Shown: positions 1 to 10,531, numbered from the stretch's first letter. The stretch is 64,000 nucleotides of DNA from Candidatus Bathyarchaeota archaeon (GCA_963777155.1 CAVZPM010000039.1:96001-160000), one strand, 5' to 3'. Notes: generated by a model not told the origin, from the sequence alone. Made by a program: numbers and translations.

Positions 1-664
1 GTCGTTCTAATCGCAATAAGCGCCACCATGTTCTATTTTCTGCTTAAACGGAAAAGCAAAAACATCATCAAAGGCTTAATCGTAGTGGCTTTGACTGCAG
101 CTTCTTTGTTGCTTGTCGGTGGTTTATCTGTCGGCGATTTTAGCGTTCTTCCCCATCATAGATAACCTTTGGGTCCTGATTGCACTATCCATAGTCGTAG
201 CGGTGCTCTTTGATCTCTCCATCTTCCGCTTCGGCAGTATAGCACGAAACGTAGCTGTGGTTGCCATAGGTGGCGCATTAGGCATCTTCTTTGGTTTCTC
301 CATCCCACTCTACAGTGCAGTCATAATACTTGCCTTCCTCGCCGTCTACGATGTTTTCGCTGTCTACAAGGGTCCTATGGGGAAAATTGCGGCTTCGGGA
401 CTTGATCAACTGCAGGGTTTGAGCTTCTCGTTTAAAGATATCCAGATGGGACTAGGTGATTTGGTGTTCTATTCGATGTTGATGGGTGTTGTGTTCTTCA
501 ACTTTACCCCCAACCTCCTTCCAACCGTCATGGCGATAGTCGGAATTCTTGCAGGCTCGATCGTCACCTTCTTTGCACTGGAGAAGAAAGGAATTTTTCC
601 AGGATTGCCTTTTCCTATCCTGCTTGGTCTAGCCTTCGGATTAGCCACAGGCTTCTTTTTGTAA
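1..664 (+). CDS. Presenilin/signal-peptide-peptidase family GxGD intramembrane aspartyl protease (5' partial, apparent frameshift near 113)
   Basis: Multi-TM protein with YD (LAVYDVF), GxGD (MGLGDL) and PAL-like (PGLPF) motifs; a hydrophobic frame-1 reading continues to the window edge. Confidence 0.88.
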
Positions 665-730
665 AAAACAAGCACATCGACTCAATGAACATTATAAACT
701 GACGAATGAGTTATAGTATCAGGGACAAGA

Positions 731-919
731 ATGATTAATGGTATAACCAAGCCTTTTGGCGAAAAAATTAGTACAACCGAACCTATTAGATGCCAAAAAT
801 GCAGAAACCCCATAGGATACATAACCGTGTTAGCTAAAGGATTAACCTCTTTTCAGCAGCCAATCCAGAACGTCAAGATAGTTGCTATCTGCATGGACTG
901 CGCTCAGAAGAAAAAATAG
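731..919 (+). CDS. Small zinc-ribbon protein
   Basis: 62 aa with CQKC...CMDC; TATA-like TTATAAA upstream. Confidence 0.6.
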   Translation: MINGITKPFGEKISTTEPIRCQKCRNPIGYITVLAKGLTSFQQPIQNVKIVAICMDCAQKKK

Positions 920-1055
920 TCAACAACTGCAACACTAAGATAAACGTTTAAAGGCAGTAAAAATCTCTAGAACAAAAGGTGTCTTTACGGAAAAAGCAAC
1001 TGTTGCGATTGTTAAAGGTGAGCGTGGGCTTGACCCTGTTTTTAAAGCGTTAGAT

Positions 1056-1820
1056 TTGATTGATTATGAGTCTGTTTTGGCTGGTTACAAGAAGGTTCTC
1101 ATAAAAGTCAACTTCATCACCACCATGACATGGGATACCGGCGCCACAACTGACCCCATCGTGGTTGAAGCATTAATTCAGCGGTTAAAGAAACTGCCAG
1201 TGGAAATTTATGTTGTGGAATCTGACGCAACCATGACAAACGCAGACAAAGCCTTCGAAGCTACAGGTATGAATGAAATGTGCAAGCAGTACGGCGTGGA
1301 ATGCCTCAATCTGCGACACGTTAAAGACAAAGTCAAAATCCCAATTCCCAAAGGTGAATGCCTAAAAGACATAACCGTGCCCCGCATAGTCACCGAATCC
1401 GCTATAATCAGCGCTGCAAAAATGAAAACCCACATGGCAACCAAGGTTACGTTGGGGATGAAGAACATGTTTGGGATGTTGCCCGATAAATTTAAGGCAA
1501 AGTACCACGCCCGCGGCATAAGTAAAGTCATAGTCGATATCAACACCGTAATCAAACCCAATCTAACAGTGATCGACGGCTTTGTTGCCATGGAAGGCAA
1601 AGGACCAACCGACGGCACCCCAGTAAAAATGGATCTAATCATCGCAGGTAAAGACCCGGTTGCTACCGACGCTACATGCGCACGTATAATGGGTTTAGAC
1701 CCATACGAAATCAGCCATATACGCACTGCTAGTGAGAAAGGCATAGGCGAAATTGATGAAATAAAAGTGGTGGGTTCAAGTATTGAGGATGTAAAACGCC
1801 CCTTCAAGAAGGGTTGGTAG
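1056..1820 (+). CDS. DUF362 family protein (true start probably about 985)
   Basis: KVLIKVN, ATTDP, KMKTH..VTLGMKN, IDGFVAMEGKGP, DPVATD motifs; frame stays open upstream (EKATVAIVKG). Confidence 0.85.
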   Translation: MIDYESVLAGYKKVLIKVNFITTMTWDTGATTDPIVVEALIQRLKKLPVEIYVVESDATMTNADKAFEATGMNEMCKQYGVECLNLRHVKDKVKIPIPKGECLKDITVPRIVTESAIISAAKMKTHMATKVTLGMKNMFGMLPDKFKAKYHARGISKVIVDINTVIKPNLTVIDGFVAMEGKGPTDGTPVKMDLIIAGKDPVATDATCARIMGLDPYEISHIRTASEKGIGEIDEIKVVGSSIEDVKRPFKKGW

Positions 1821-1985
1821 AGACCATTTTATTATTCGCCTAACCTTTGCCAACCTTAAAAATCTCTTAGAAATCAACTTTTAAGATTGGCTTCAAAAAG
1901 CTTAGGAATCAATAGACATATAGAAAATCATCTCCAATTTGCAGGTGAAAAGTCCTAATAAAGCATAAGAGCTCCGTTTCCGCTG

Positions 1986-1998
1986 GAAAGGTTTATCT
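1986..1998 (+). promoter_or_regulatory. BRE/TATA of the eL15 operon
   Basis: GAAAGG-TTTATCT about 30 nt upstream of a structured leader. Confidence 0.5.
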
Positions 1999-2029
1999 CA
2001 TTCAAGGGCACTATGATGTGAAATTGCAG

Positions 2030-2074
2030 GCGGACAACCGTGTCCGTTGGGATGTGGTCCTTCGGGACTGAACC
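2030..2074 (+). ncRNA. Structured 5' leader of rpl15e (candidate ribosomal-protein leader)
   Basis: Hairpin GCGGACA-ACCG-TGTCCGT, then GGGATGTG-GTCC-TTCG-GGAC-TGAACC (UUCG tetraloop plus internal loop). Confidence 0.55.
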
Positions 2075-2107
2075 GTAAGCAAACAATACAGATAGGATGA
2101 AAAACAT

Positions 2108-2717
2108 ATGGCATACAAATACATAGCCGAAGAATGGGCTCAGCCCGAAAAAAGCTTCGTTGAAGAACTCATGCGTCAACGCTTAGTGCAGTGGCGCAAA
2201 CAACCAACCGTATTACGCATCGAGCACCCTACAAGACTCGACCGCGCAAGAAAACTAGGCTACAAAGCCAAACAAGGCTTCGTAGTTGCCCGAGCAAAAG
2301 TCCGAAGAGGCAATTTAAGAAAATTGCGTCCCCGGTCAGGACGCACGACCCAAACGTATGGGTGTCGCCAAATTTAAACCAGGAAAAAGCATCCGATTAA
2401 TCGCAGAGGAACGAACCGCCAAAAAATTCCCCAACCTCGAAGTTCTAAACAGCTACTGGGTTGGCGAAGACGGCAAACACAAATGGTTCGAAGTCATCCT
2501 CCTTGACCCTAATGCACCAACCATAAAAACTGACAAAGACGTCAGTTGGATAACAGAACCACAGCACACTAGCAGAGTCTTCCGCAGCATGACCAGTGCA
2601 GGCAAAAACGTCCGAGGTCTCCATCACCGCGGCAGAGGCACAGAAAAACTGCGCCCAAGCCACAAGTTTGGCAATACAGGACGCCACGGCGACAAACAGC
2701 AAAAAGGAGGCAAATAG
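2108..2717 (+). CDS. rpl15e: 50S ribosomal protein eL15 (one apparent +1 indel near 2345)
   Basis: [21 protein letters not shown] and [22 protein letters not shown] lie in two frames; removing one base restores SGRRPKRMG. Confidence 0.95.
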
Positions 2718-2718
2718 A

Positions 2719-2922
2719 ATGCATCACATTAAAGCAGTCATAACCAAACAAAACGGCAAAAAAGCCACCAGCCAAAAAGGCTTCAGCCCAAACGAACTCA
2801 AAGAAGCAGGGATAAACAAGGAGCAAGCCCAGAAGCTTGGGATAAGAGTCGACGTTAAACGCAAATCGACCCACCAAGCCAACGTGGACTGCATAAAAGC
2901 CCACGCTAAACCAAAAAGCTAA
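2719..2922 (+). CDS. rpl13e: 50S ribosomal protein eL13
   Basis: KGFSPNELKEAGI...LGIRVDVKRKSTHQANV; GGAGG RBS upstream. Confidence 0.85.
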   Translation: MHHIKAVITKQNGKKATSQKGFSPNELKEAGINKEQAQKLGIRVDVKRKSTHQANVDCIKAHAKPKS

Positions 2923-2954
2923 AAGCAACCACAGCCAACACAAATCGGTGCCTA

Positions 2955-3401
2955 ATGTCAGCTAAACCGCCAATAGCCTACATAGAAATACGAGTCTTCG
3001 CACACGCAACCGAAGACCCAGACAAAGTCCAAACTGCTATCCGCAACCTATTTCCGATGGAGTTGGCGGAAACCCTTGTTTTCGAAAAAGCAAGTTGCAC
3101 AGGGCATCATGGGAACTCAATTATCCTTTTTACTGCCAAACTATGTGACAAAAAGCTGCTCCCAGCAGCCATCGAAAAAATTGGGTCAAGTCTAAGTGCA
3201 ATCGATAAGGAGGAGCTTAGCCGCGAATTCAAACTGCACTTGGAAAAGGGCAACTTGTATTTACGTTTTGATAAGCAATCCGCTTTTTTGGGCTCAACAA
3301 AGTTTACGCAAAATGACCCGATTCACCTAAAAATCCACTTCAAAAATAAAACTTCGCAGGAAATTTTGGATTTTTCAAAGCAAACTGGGTTGCTGATATG
3401 A
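2955..3401 (+). CDS. Archaeal RNA-binding protein (DUF54-type, exosome/RNase P superoperon)
   Basis: HATEDPDKV, GHHGN, LYLRFDKQ motifs; operon context. Confidence 0.88.
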   Translation: MSAKPPIAYIEIRVFAHATEDPDKVQTAIRNLFPMELAETLVFEKASCTGHHGNSIILFTAKLCDKKLLPAAIEKIGSSLSAIDKEELSREFKLHLEKGNLYLRFDKQSAFLGSTKFTQNDPIHLKIHFKNKTSQEILDFSKQTGLLI

Positions 3402-4132
3402 CCCGAACTTTCGCGGATCTGCATTTACGTATAAATCCCAAAGACCAGCAAACCGCTCAACGGTTAATCACCAAGGCGGCAAGGTTTGGCTACCGCTATA
3501 TCAGTATTCCATTCAACTCTTCACCCCAACAAGCTGAAGTTGACGCCCTAAAAGCCATGTGCACAAACGCAGGATTAGATTTTGTTTTACGTGCAGACTT
3601 TAAACCCCAAAGCCAAGAAGACCTAATGCGTTTTCTACGCAAATTCAGAAGACAATTCGAAATAATATGTATCGCATGTGACAGCAAAGAAATCGCTAGG
3701 CAAGCCGCCAAGGACAGACGGGTTGATTTGCTCAGTTTTCCAAGTCTAGATTACCGTAAACGGTTTTTTGACCGCGCTGAAGCCGAACTAGCAAGCTGTA
3801 GTTTGGCAGCTTTGGAAGTTGACATAAAATCTCTACTCGTTATGGAAGGGCCAGCACGGGTTAGGTTGCTTTCAAGTTTGCGCCGCGAGGTTGCGGTTGC
3901 GCTGGAGTTTCATGTACCTGTTGTGGTTTCAAGTGGCGTTGGCGAGGAGTCTTTGTTGCGTATGCCGCGGGATTTGGCAAGTTTGGCTTATCTGTTTGGG
4001 TTAGGTGAGGAGCAGGCTTTGGAAACGGTTTCTTCTAATCCAGTAGGGATTGTTCTGCGCAACCGAGAGAAACTGAGTTCACGTTTTGTTGCTCCTGGCA
4101 TAAGAGTTGTTAAGGAGGGCAAATCCAGTTGA
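3398..4132 (+). CDS. rnp3: Ribonuclease P protein component 3 (Rpp30)
   Basis: PHP-like FADLHL, RVDLLS, VVVSSG...LRMPRDL; upstream of Pop5. Confidence 0.9.
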   Translation: MTRTFADLHLRINPKDQQTAQRLITKAARFGYRYISIPFNSSPQQAEVDALKAMCTNAGLDFVLRADFKPQSQEDLMRFLRKFRRQFEIICIACDSKEIARQAAKDRRVDLLSFPSLDYRKRFFDRAEAELASCSLAALEVDIKSLLVMEGPARVRLLSSLRREVAVALEFHVPVVVSSGVGEESLLRMPRDLASLAYLFGLGEEQALETVSSNPVGIVLRNREKLSSRFVAPGIRVVKEGKSS

Positions 4133-4443
4133 AACGTGTTAAACGCCGTTACCTTGCTCTGCAACTGGAGTGCGAAGTTTTGCCTAGTGAACGGGATTTT
4201 ATGGATGCGGTTTGGTCTGCCGTCACCAAGTTGTATGGTGAGGTTGGGGCAAGTTTGACGGGGATGGCGTTAATTAATTTTGATGGGGAACGAAAAATTT
4301 TTGTGGTTCGTGTATCCCTTGCGTCTTTGCTTATGGTGAGAGCTTCGTTGGCTACTGTAACTAGTGTCGCTGGTAGGTGTGCGTCGGTGCATGTTTTAGC
4401 TGTTTCAGGTACGCTTAAAGCACTGTTCTCCAATATTTGCTAG
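4129..4443 (+). CDS. rnp2: Ribonuclease P protein component 2 (Pop5/Rpp14)
   Basis: KRRYL, LYGEVG, VSGTLK motifs. Confidence 0.9.
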   Translation: MKRVKRRYLALQLECEVLPSERDFMDAVWSAVTKLYGEVGASLTGMALINFDGERKIFVVRVSLASLLMVRASLATVTSVAGRCASVHVLAVSGTLKALFSNIC

Positions 4444-4620
4444 TTAGAATGTAAACTTTTTGTTTATCTAATGACAAGTAATTTTATTTTAAAGTCACGT
4501 ATGCCACTTGACAAATTTACAAAAAGTATGCAGAAACGTTTATCAATTACATTTAAGCGTTAGTTAGCATTACAAAACATACGTCTGAAGAATAAAAAAA
4601 TAGACAGAGTAGAACAATAA

Positions 4621-5850
4621 ATGGACATAAAAGACTTCTATTTCAAATTAAAACCCCTAAAAACGGACCCAATCATAGATGACACTACACTTCGCGACGG
4701 CATCCAAATGCCAGGCTTAGCAATAGGACCAAAAGACTCAGCAAAAATCGCACAGCTATTAGGCGAAATAGGAGCCGAAAGAATAGAATTATTCCATTAT
4801 CAAGAACCTGACAAAAAAGCAGCCAAACTAATCGGCAACTTAAACCTTGATTTGCGAGTTGCAGGCTGGTGCCGCGCTGTAAAAGAAGACATTGACAGCG
4901 CTGTAGCATGTGGACTCAAAGAAGTCGGTATTTCTCATCCTGTATCCGACATACATTTCTTGGCTAAATGGCCAGAAAAAACCCAAGAACAAATCTTGGC
5001 TAACGTCGTTGACGTAACTGAATACGCAGCTAAAACTTGCGGGTTAAGAACCTTTGTTCATGGCGAAGATAGCACACGTGCAGACTGGAACTTCGAGAAA
5101 CGCTTCATCAATGCAGTTGCAGATGCAGGTGCAGAATGTTACCGTATATGCGACACAGTCGGTATTGGGTTGTCGGATCCAGAAGCTCCATTGCCTCATG
5201 GCATTCCAGCCAAAGTGGTTGCGATCAAGAAAGAAACTCGTATAGGCGCTATAGAGATTCATGCGCATGACGATTTTGGTAACGCTGTTGAGAACACGAT
5301 GGCTGCGATTAAAGCTGCTTCAGGGGTTTGGGACAAAGTCTACGCTAGCACAACCTACCTTGGCATTGGGGAACGTGCAGGCAACGCCGAGACAGAAAAA
5401 GTCCTCCTAAACCTCTACCTTCACTATGGAGTGAAGAAGTATGCGGGTAAAACCGAGAAACTCAAGGCAACCGCAGACTACATCGGTAAAGCCACAGGCT
5501 ACATTGTGCCGCCTAACAAGGCAATAGTTGGCGACTACGGGTTCGCACATGAATCAGGCATCCACACCCATGGCGTCCTCAATGATCCATGGACCTATGA
5601 GCCTTATCCACCTGAACTGGTCGGCAACACAAGACGTTTAACCATAGGCAAACAATCAGGCAAAGGCATGATTAAACACAAAATCACTGAGCTATTAGGA
5701 AATGCTCCAGACGACCAAACAGTTGCTGCAGTCGTGGATACAGTCAAAGACATGTACGCCAACGGACGCAGGGCATCGCTTAAAGAGGAAGAATTCAAGA
5801 AAATCCTTCGCGTACTAAGAATCCTGCCAGAAAACAACAACTGCCACTAA
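4621..5850 (+). CDS. DRE-TIM acyltransferase (homocitrate/isopropylmalate/Re-citrate synthase family, no regulatory domain)
   Basis: DTTLRDG, HAHDDFG, GIGERAGN, AHESGIH, YEPYPPELVG. Confidence 0.88.
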   Translation: MDIKDFYFKLKPLKTDPIIDDTTLRDGIQMPGLAIGPKDSAKIAQLLGEIGAERIELFHYQEPDKKAAKLIGNLNLDLRVAGWCRAVKEDIDSAVACGLKEVGISHPVSDIHFLAKWPEKTQEQILANVVDVTEYAAKTCGLRTFVHGEDSTRADWNFEKRFINAVADAGAECYRICDTVGIGLSDPEAPLPHGIPAKVVAIKKETRIGAIEIHAHDDFGNAVENTMAAIKAASGVWDKVYASTTYLGIGERAGNAETEKVLLNLYLHYGVKKYAGKTEKLKATADYIGKATGYIVPPNKAIVGDYGFAHESGIHTHGVLNDPWTYEPYPPELVGNTRRLTIGKQSGKGMIKHKITELLGNAPDDQTVAAVVDTVKDMYANGRRASLKEEEFKKILRVLRILPENNNCH

Positions 5851-5905
5851 ACAACGAAAGGGAAAATAACCCTTCTCTTATTTTATCCACAGGGAAGAGT
5901 GACTG

Positions 5906-6157
5906 GTGATGGTTGATCTTTCGCTAATTGTCATAGTCAGCAATACTTTGGTTGTTTTTGCCACTTTCGTAGCTACACTTTACCGTATCAAGATTGAGCG
6001 AGACCAAGTACGAACTTTTAAGCAGAATGTTTCGTCCAGTCAATGTTTGGAATCTTTCCGCAAATACGTTAAAGCTGAGCGCGTCGAATTGGCGGATATG
6101 GATAAGGCTGAGCTGGAAAAGTTTCTAGACTACCTTGAGAAGTTAGGCGAAGGATAG
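5906..6157 (+). CDS. Hypothetical protein with N-terminal TM helix
   Basis: 83-aa ORF filling the intergenic gap. Confidence 0.5.
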   Translation: MMVDLSLIVIVSNTLVVFATFVATLYRIKIERDQVRTFKQNVSSSQCLESFRKYVKAERVELADMDKAELEKFLDYLEKLGEG

Positions 6158-6179
6158 TTAAAACTTAAATAATAATTTC

Positions 6180-6941
6180 TTGTTTTTCAAAAGCAAGAGA
6201 GTGGGAATCTTGAGCTTAGCCGTTGAAGCTATATCGTTAACTAAGCAGTTTGGTCAAGTGAAAGCGCTTGATGGTGTAAGTTTTAACATTAAACCTGGCG
6301 AAATCTACGGCTTAATCGGACCAAACGGAGCTGGGAAAACTACTACTCTACGTATTATCTGCACATTAATCAAGCCAACAACAGGCACCATAAACATCTT
6401 TGGTCAGGACGCAACACGTCAGCCTGAGAAGACAAGGCAAATCCTTAGTTACCTGCCCGAGGAATCTGGCGTTTACCCCAACCTTACAGGTTTAGAGTAC
6501 CTTCAGTTTATGGCTAAACTCCAAAGCAAACCTAACACGAATCTGAAAGCCACCGTAGAGGAAGCAGCGGAAATTTGCGGACTCGGCGACCGATTAAAGG
6601 ATAAAGCTAAAACCTACAGCAAAGGTATGAAGCGGCGGCTGCTTGTTGCAAGGGCTTTGATGACTAGACCAAAGTTGGCGGTTCTTGATGAACCTGCAAG
6701 CGGCTTAGACGTTTTGTATGCTTACCATATCCGTGAGATCATTAAACGCTACGTGAAAGAACATGGCGTGACGGTTCTGCTTAGCAGCCACAACATGCTA
6801 GAAGTAGAATATCTCTGCGACCGTGTGGCGCTAGTGCACAAGGGCAAACTGGTTGTTGAGGGCGAACCTAAAGTGCTTAAAGCCACATACAGAAGCGAGA
6901 ACTTGGAAGAGGTTTTTGCGAAGGTGGTTGGCTTTGCTTAA
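6180..6941 (+). CDS. ABC-2 exporter ATP-binding subunit (NatA-like)
   Basis: GPNGAGKTT, YSKGMKRR, LDEP, SSH motifs. Confidence 0.93.
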   Translation: MFFKSKRVGILSLAVEAISLTKQFGQVKALDGVSFNIKPGEIYGLIGPNGAGKTTTLRIICTLIKPTTGTINIFGQDATRQPEKTRQILSYLPEESGVYPNLTGLEYLQFMAKLQSKPNTNLKATVEEAAEICGLGDRLKDKAKTYSKGMKRRLLVARALMTRPKLAVLDEPASGLDVLYAYHIREIIKRYVKEHGVTVLLSSHNMLEVEYLCDRVALVHKGKLVVEGEPKVLKATYRSENLEEVFAKVVGFA

Positions 6942-8226
6942 AGGCTTCACAACAATACTTGTCAAAGAGCTAAAAGAGCTCATGCGCGACCCAAAAATCC
7001 TAGTCGGCATGATAGTGTTGCCATTGATTATGTTTCCGGTTCTGGGTTTAGTTATGGGTTTTGCGGTTCAGTCAGCGCAGGAGGAAGCTCAAAGGGCAAC
7101 CTTGCTTGTGGTTAACAATGACAATAACGGGACATGGAGTAATGCGCTTGTAACTTTCTTGAACAGTACTATGAACGTAGAAGTTGTCAGGGATCTTTCG
7201 CCACAGAACATCGTGGACCAGGGATTGCTTGGAAAATATAATAGTACTATGTTTCTGGAGATTCCTTCTGGGTTTAGCACTAACTTAACTATGCATGCCG
7301 ACGGCGCAAGAAATATTACGGGAATGGTTAATGTTTACGGCGTTTTCAACGGCGGAGGAGGAATTTTCAGCGGCATCGGCGGAACAACGGTCACTGCAGT
7401 TGTTGCGGGTTTTAACCGAGCAGTTGCTCCCGATGTAGTTGCGGTTTCCCAATCAAGCATTATTAAGGGTCAAATCGAGCAGGGCGTTGATGCCAGCACG
7501 CTTTCGAGTTTGATGCTGTCGCAGTCGATTGCTTTGCCAATCACAATTATGATTATGTTGACTTATGCGATGCAGATTGCTGCTACCAGCGTTGCGATGG
7601 AGAAAGAAGAGAAAACCTTGGAGACGCTGCTTACTACTCCTGTGGACAGGTTCGCAATTTTGATGGGTAAAGTCTCAAGCACTATAATTGTTGCTGGGGC
7701 TGCTTCGATAGCGGTTTTGGTTGGCTACAACTACATGATTGGCTCTATATCAAATGGTATTGCTGGAAATGTAGGTGGCAGTGTTGATTTGGTTGCTCTT
7801 GGTTTAGTACCTTCCTTTGGCGGATACGTCTTGTTGGGTATAAGCCTGTTTTTCACATTACTGTCGGCTTTAGCGTTAGCCGTCATTATGTCTGCGTTTA
7901 GCGAAAATGTCCGAGGTGCACAAGCGTTAGTCGGTTACATTTACCCGTTGATTTTCATACCTTCCTTAGCTCTGGTCTACTTAGATATGAATTCGCTGCC
8001 CCTTGCAATAAAAGCAATCTTCTATGCAATTCCATACAGCCACCCAATTATCGCTTCAAAAGCCGTAGTCACAGGCGATTATGGAACAGTTGTGTTTGGG
8101 ATTGTTTACGTTGCAATCTTCACAGTCGTAATAATGTACATTGCATCAAGGTTGTTTGCAACGGAGAAAATCTTGACGGCAAAGCTCAGGTTTGGCAGGG
8201 GCAAAACAAAGCAACATAGCGAATAG
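6934..8226 (+). CDS. ABC-2 exporter permease (NatB-like)
   Basis: KELKELMRD N-terminus, EKEEKTLETLLTTPV motif, multiple TM helices. Confidence 0.9.
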   Translation: MLKGFTTILVKELKELMRDPKILVGMIVLPLIMFPVLGLVMGFAVQSAQEEAQRATLLVVNNDNNGTWSNALVTFLNSTMNVEVVRDLSPQNIVDQGLLGKYNSTMFLEIPSGFSTNLTMHADGARNITGMVNVYGVFNGGGGIFSGIGGTTVTAVVAGFNRAVAPDVVAVSQSSIIKGQIEQGVDASTLSSLMLSQSIALPITIMIMLTYAMQIAATSVAMEKEEKTLETLLTTPVDRFAILMGKVSSTIIVAGAASIAVLVGYNYMIGSISNGIAGNVGGSVDLVALGLVPSFGGYVLLGISLFFTLLSALALAVIMSAFSENVRGAQALVGYIYPLIFIPSLALVYLDMNSLPLAIKAIFYAIPYSHPIIASKAVVTGDYGTVVFGIVYVAIFTVVIMYIASRLFATEKILTAKLRFGRGKTKQHSE

Positions 8227-8370
8227 ACATCTCCTTTTTTTCCTTCGCACCTTTGAGAAATAATAGTTTGTTTGATAAAACAACAACACCTTTTTTTCCA
8301 GAATCCACGTGTTTTTGTTCTTCCAGTAATCGGATTTTAGAAGGAATGTCGAATGCAGGTTTTTCTTCTA

Positions 8371-8595
8371 CTATTCCTCACGGAGCTTATCAATTTCTTT
8401 TTTCAGTTCCGCCACATCTGCATGCCCAGCAAAAATACCTGCGTAATCTTCTAATCTAGGAATGGGCTTAAAGATAACCTGTTGATCCCTTGTCTCGACG
8501 GCTAATTTATCGCCCTCTTTAATGCCGAGTTGTTTTCGGATTTGGACGGGGATGGTTGTTTGCCCTTTTCTCGTAACTTTAACTATTTTTTGCAA
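8371..8595 (-). CDS. AbrB/MazE/SpoVT family DNA-binding protein (VapB-like antitoxin)
   Basis: KVTRKGQTTIPVQIRKQLGIKEGD. Confidence 0.88.
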   Translation of the reverse strand: MQKIVKVTRKGQTTIPVQIRKQLGIKEGDKLAVETRDQQVIFKPIPRLEDYAGIFAGHADVAELKKEIDKLREE

Positions 8596-8925
8596 TAATA
8601 TCCCCCTTCTATAATGGTAATGAATATACCTGCTCTTTAAAATAAATCCTAATTGACGAATATGTACTACTTCATTTTTTGTAGTGCTGAATAAAAGGGA
8701 GAAGACCACATTCATGATATTTCTTATTCTGCTGGCGTTCTATTGGTTACTCTAGCGAGAACTTGATTGAAAGAAGAAGAAGGTTGCTGCACGGACGCTT
8801 CTTCTTCTACCCGTCAACTGATGTGTCTTCTCGTTAATCAGGTATCGTTTTGGTAAGAGGTCTTAGCTTTTCTGTGTCTGTATTCTTCTTTCGCCTCTCG
8901 GAACCAGATGGGTTCGTAGAGTGGA

Positions 8926-10531
8926 TTACCCTATGAAGGTAAGTATCAGGATTCTTCGGGGGTTTGCGCCGAATGTGGCTTCTTGAGTTATTTGGCTAAA
9001 GTTGCCTGAGGCATAGAGTTGTTCGTAAATCTGCTGCAGGTTGAGCGTCGTATTGTAGTAGGGCACTGTGCCGCCTTCTTCGTAGGTAAAGAGGAATTTT
9101 ACATTGTACTGTTTGCATTGGCTGATTAATTCAGTGATATTAAATGTGGGTGTGTATGTGTCGACTGGTAGGGTGGGGTATTGGTAGGTTTGGATTTGGT
9201 TGTTTCCGTTTTTCCAAAGATAAAATTTCACCATGTCTTGGCTGAAAAAATTGAAGGGAGCCAGAACCATTATTGTTTGATTGTTCTGCATGCGGTCCAT
9301 CGCGTAAGTGGTGGCTGGTTCCAGCTCTATTTTAATGTTGAAAAAAGCGGTTATTGAGTAAGCGTCGTATACACTGTAAGCCATTGCTCCAGCGGCTAAC
9401 GCGATTAATACACCAGCGGCAATCTTTGCATTCCGCTTCTTGCTTGCGGTCACTTGCCTCTTCCAAACCCCATCAACCTTGCCGTAAAGGAACAGAATTA
9501 GGACAGCAAAGGCGATGGCTAAGGCAGGAAACAGCGGCAGCACATACCGCCACTCCTTGTTATCGATGAAAGAGAAAAACACAAAGACGCTGACAAACCA
9601 GATGAAGCACAAACTGATCACTTTTACTGTGTCTCCACAAAAGAAAACCTAACCCTGCGAGAGCCAAGACGTAGATGAAGATGGAGATAGGGTGGAAGTT
9701 GCTGTAAGGCCAAACGACCTCTATCAGGTAAAATATGGGTGAGGGGTAACGGTCGCTGTAGACAGATTTTTCTGGGTTGCCTACTTGGAGAGCGTAGAGC
9801 CATTGGCTCAGGGTTTTTGATGCGTAAACTTGGTAGGCGATGATTATCCAGGGAACAGCCACCATCACGGCGGTGACGATTAGAAGCGTGAACCTTGAAA
9901 ACGTCCTCTTAAGTTGCCCCCTTGCCAAAAACAGAATGCTCAGAAGCATGATTACGCCTGCTACAATCGCTTGGTATTTGGTGAGGAATCCTAAACCCAC
10001 CGCTAAGCCACCTAAAACCAGATACTTGTCCTGCCTGTTTTGTTGCCACCGGAAGAAGCAAAAAAGCGCTGCCAAAACAAAGAACAAGAGCATAGTTTCC
10101 AGTAGTGCCAAGCGTGAGAGCCAAAAATAACCTGGCATAATTCCCAGCAAAATAGCCGAGAGTAATGCAGTTTTTCCGTCGTACAAGGTGTAGGCTAGCT
10201 CGAAGGCTGCCCAAAGCGAAAGAACCGAGAACATTGCCGAGACCAACCTAGCGGAAAACAAGCTTGTTCCGAGGGTTTGGAATGAGATGGCGGTTATTGT
10301 GTCGTATAGGGGTGGGTAGAAGGAGTTGGATATGAATTTGCTGTAGAGGCCGCTGTTCAGGTATAGGGCACCGTTTAGATGAGTTATTTCATCCCATTGC
10401 ATGGGCATGTTAGTCAAATTCAACAGCAGAATAACGGCGTATGCGAGGGCAAAAATCAAGAAAGCTACTCGCCACTTGTTTAAGGCTGCCCCCAATTTCC
10501 ATCGCGGTTGTGAACTTGACGGGTCAATCAT
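8926..10531 (-). CDS. GT-C glycosyltransferase (GT39/ArnT-like), frameshift near 9600
   Basis: WDE motif, YPPLY, ARL, GLGFLTKY, KEWRY.LP; many TM helices over two frames. Confidence 0.85.

Noticed and set aside
2012-2072. C/D box guide sRNA (ATGATGT...CTGA) upstream of rpl15e
   Set aside because: The putative box C lies between the TATA box and the likely transcription start, and the interior is fully hairpinned; a cis-leader fits better.
2330-2360. Programmed frameshifting in rpl15e and other split genes
   Set aside because: No shared slippery motif; the breaks are scattered like random indel errors.
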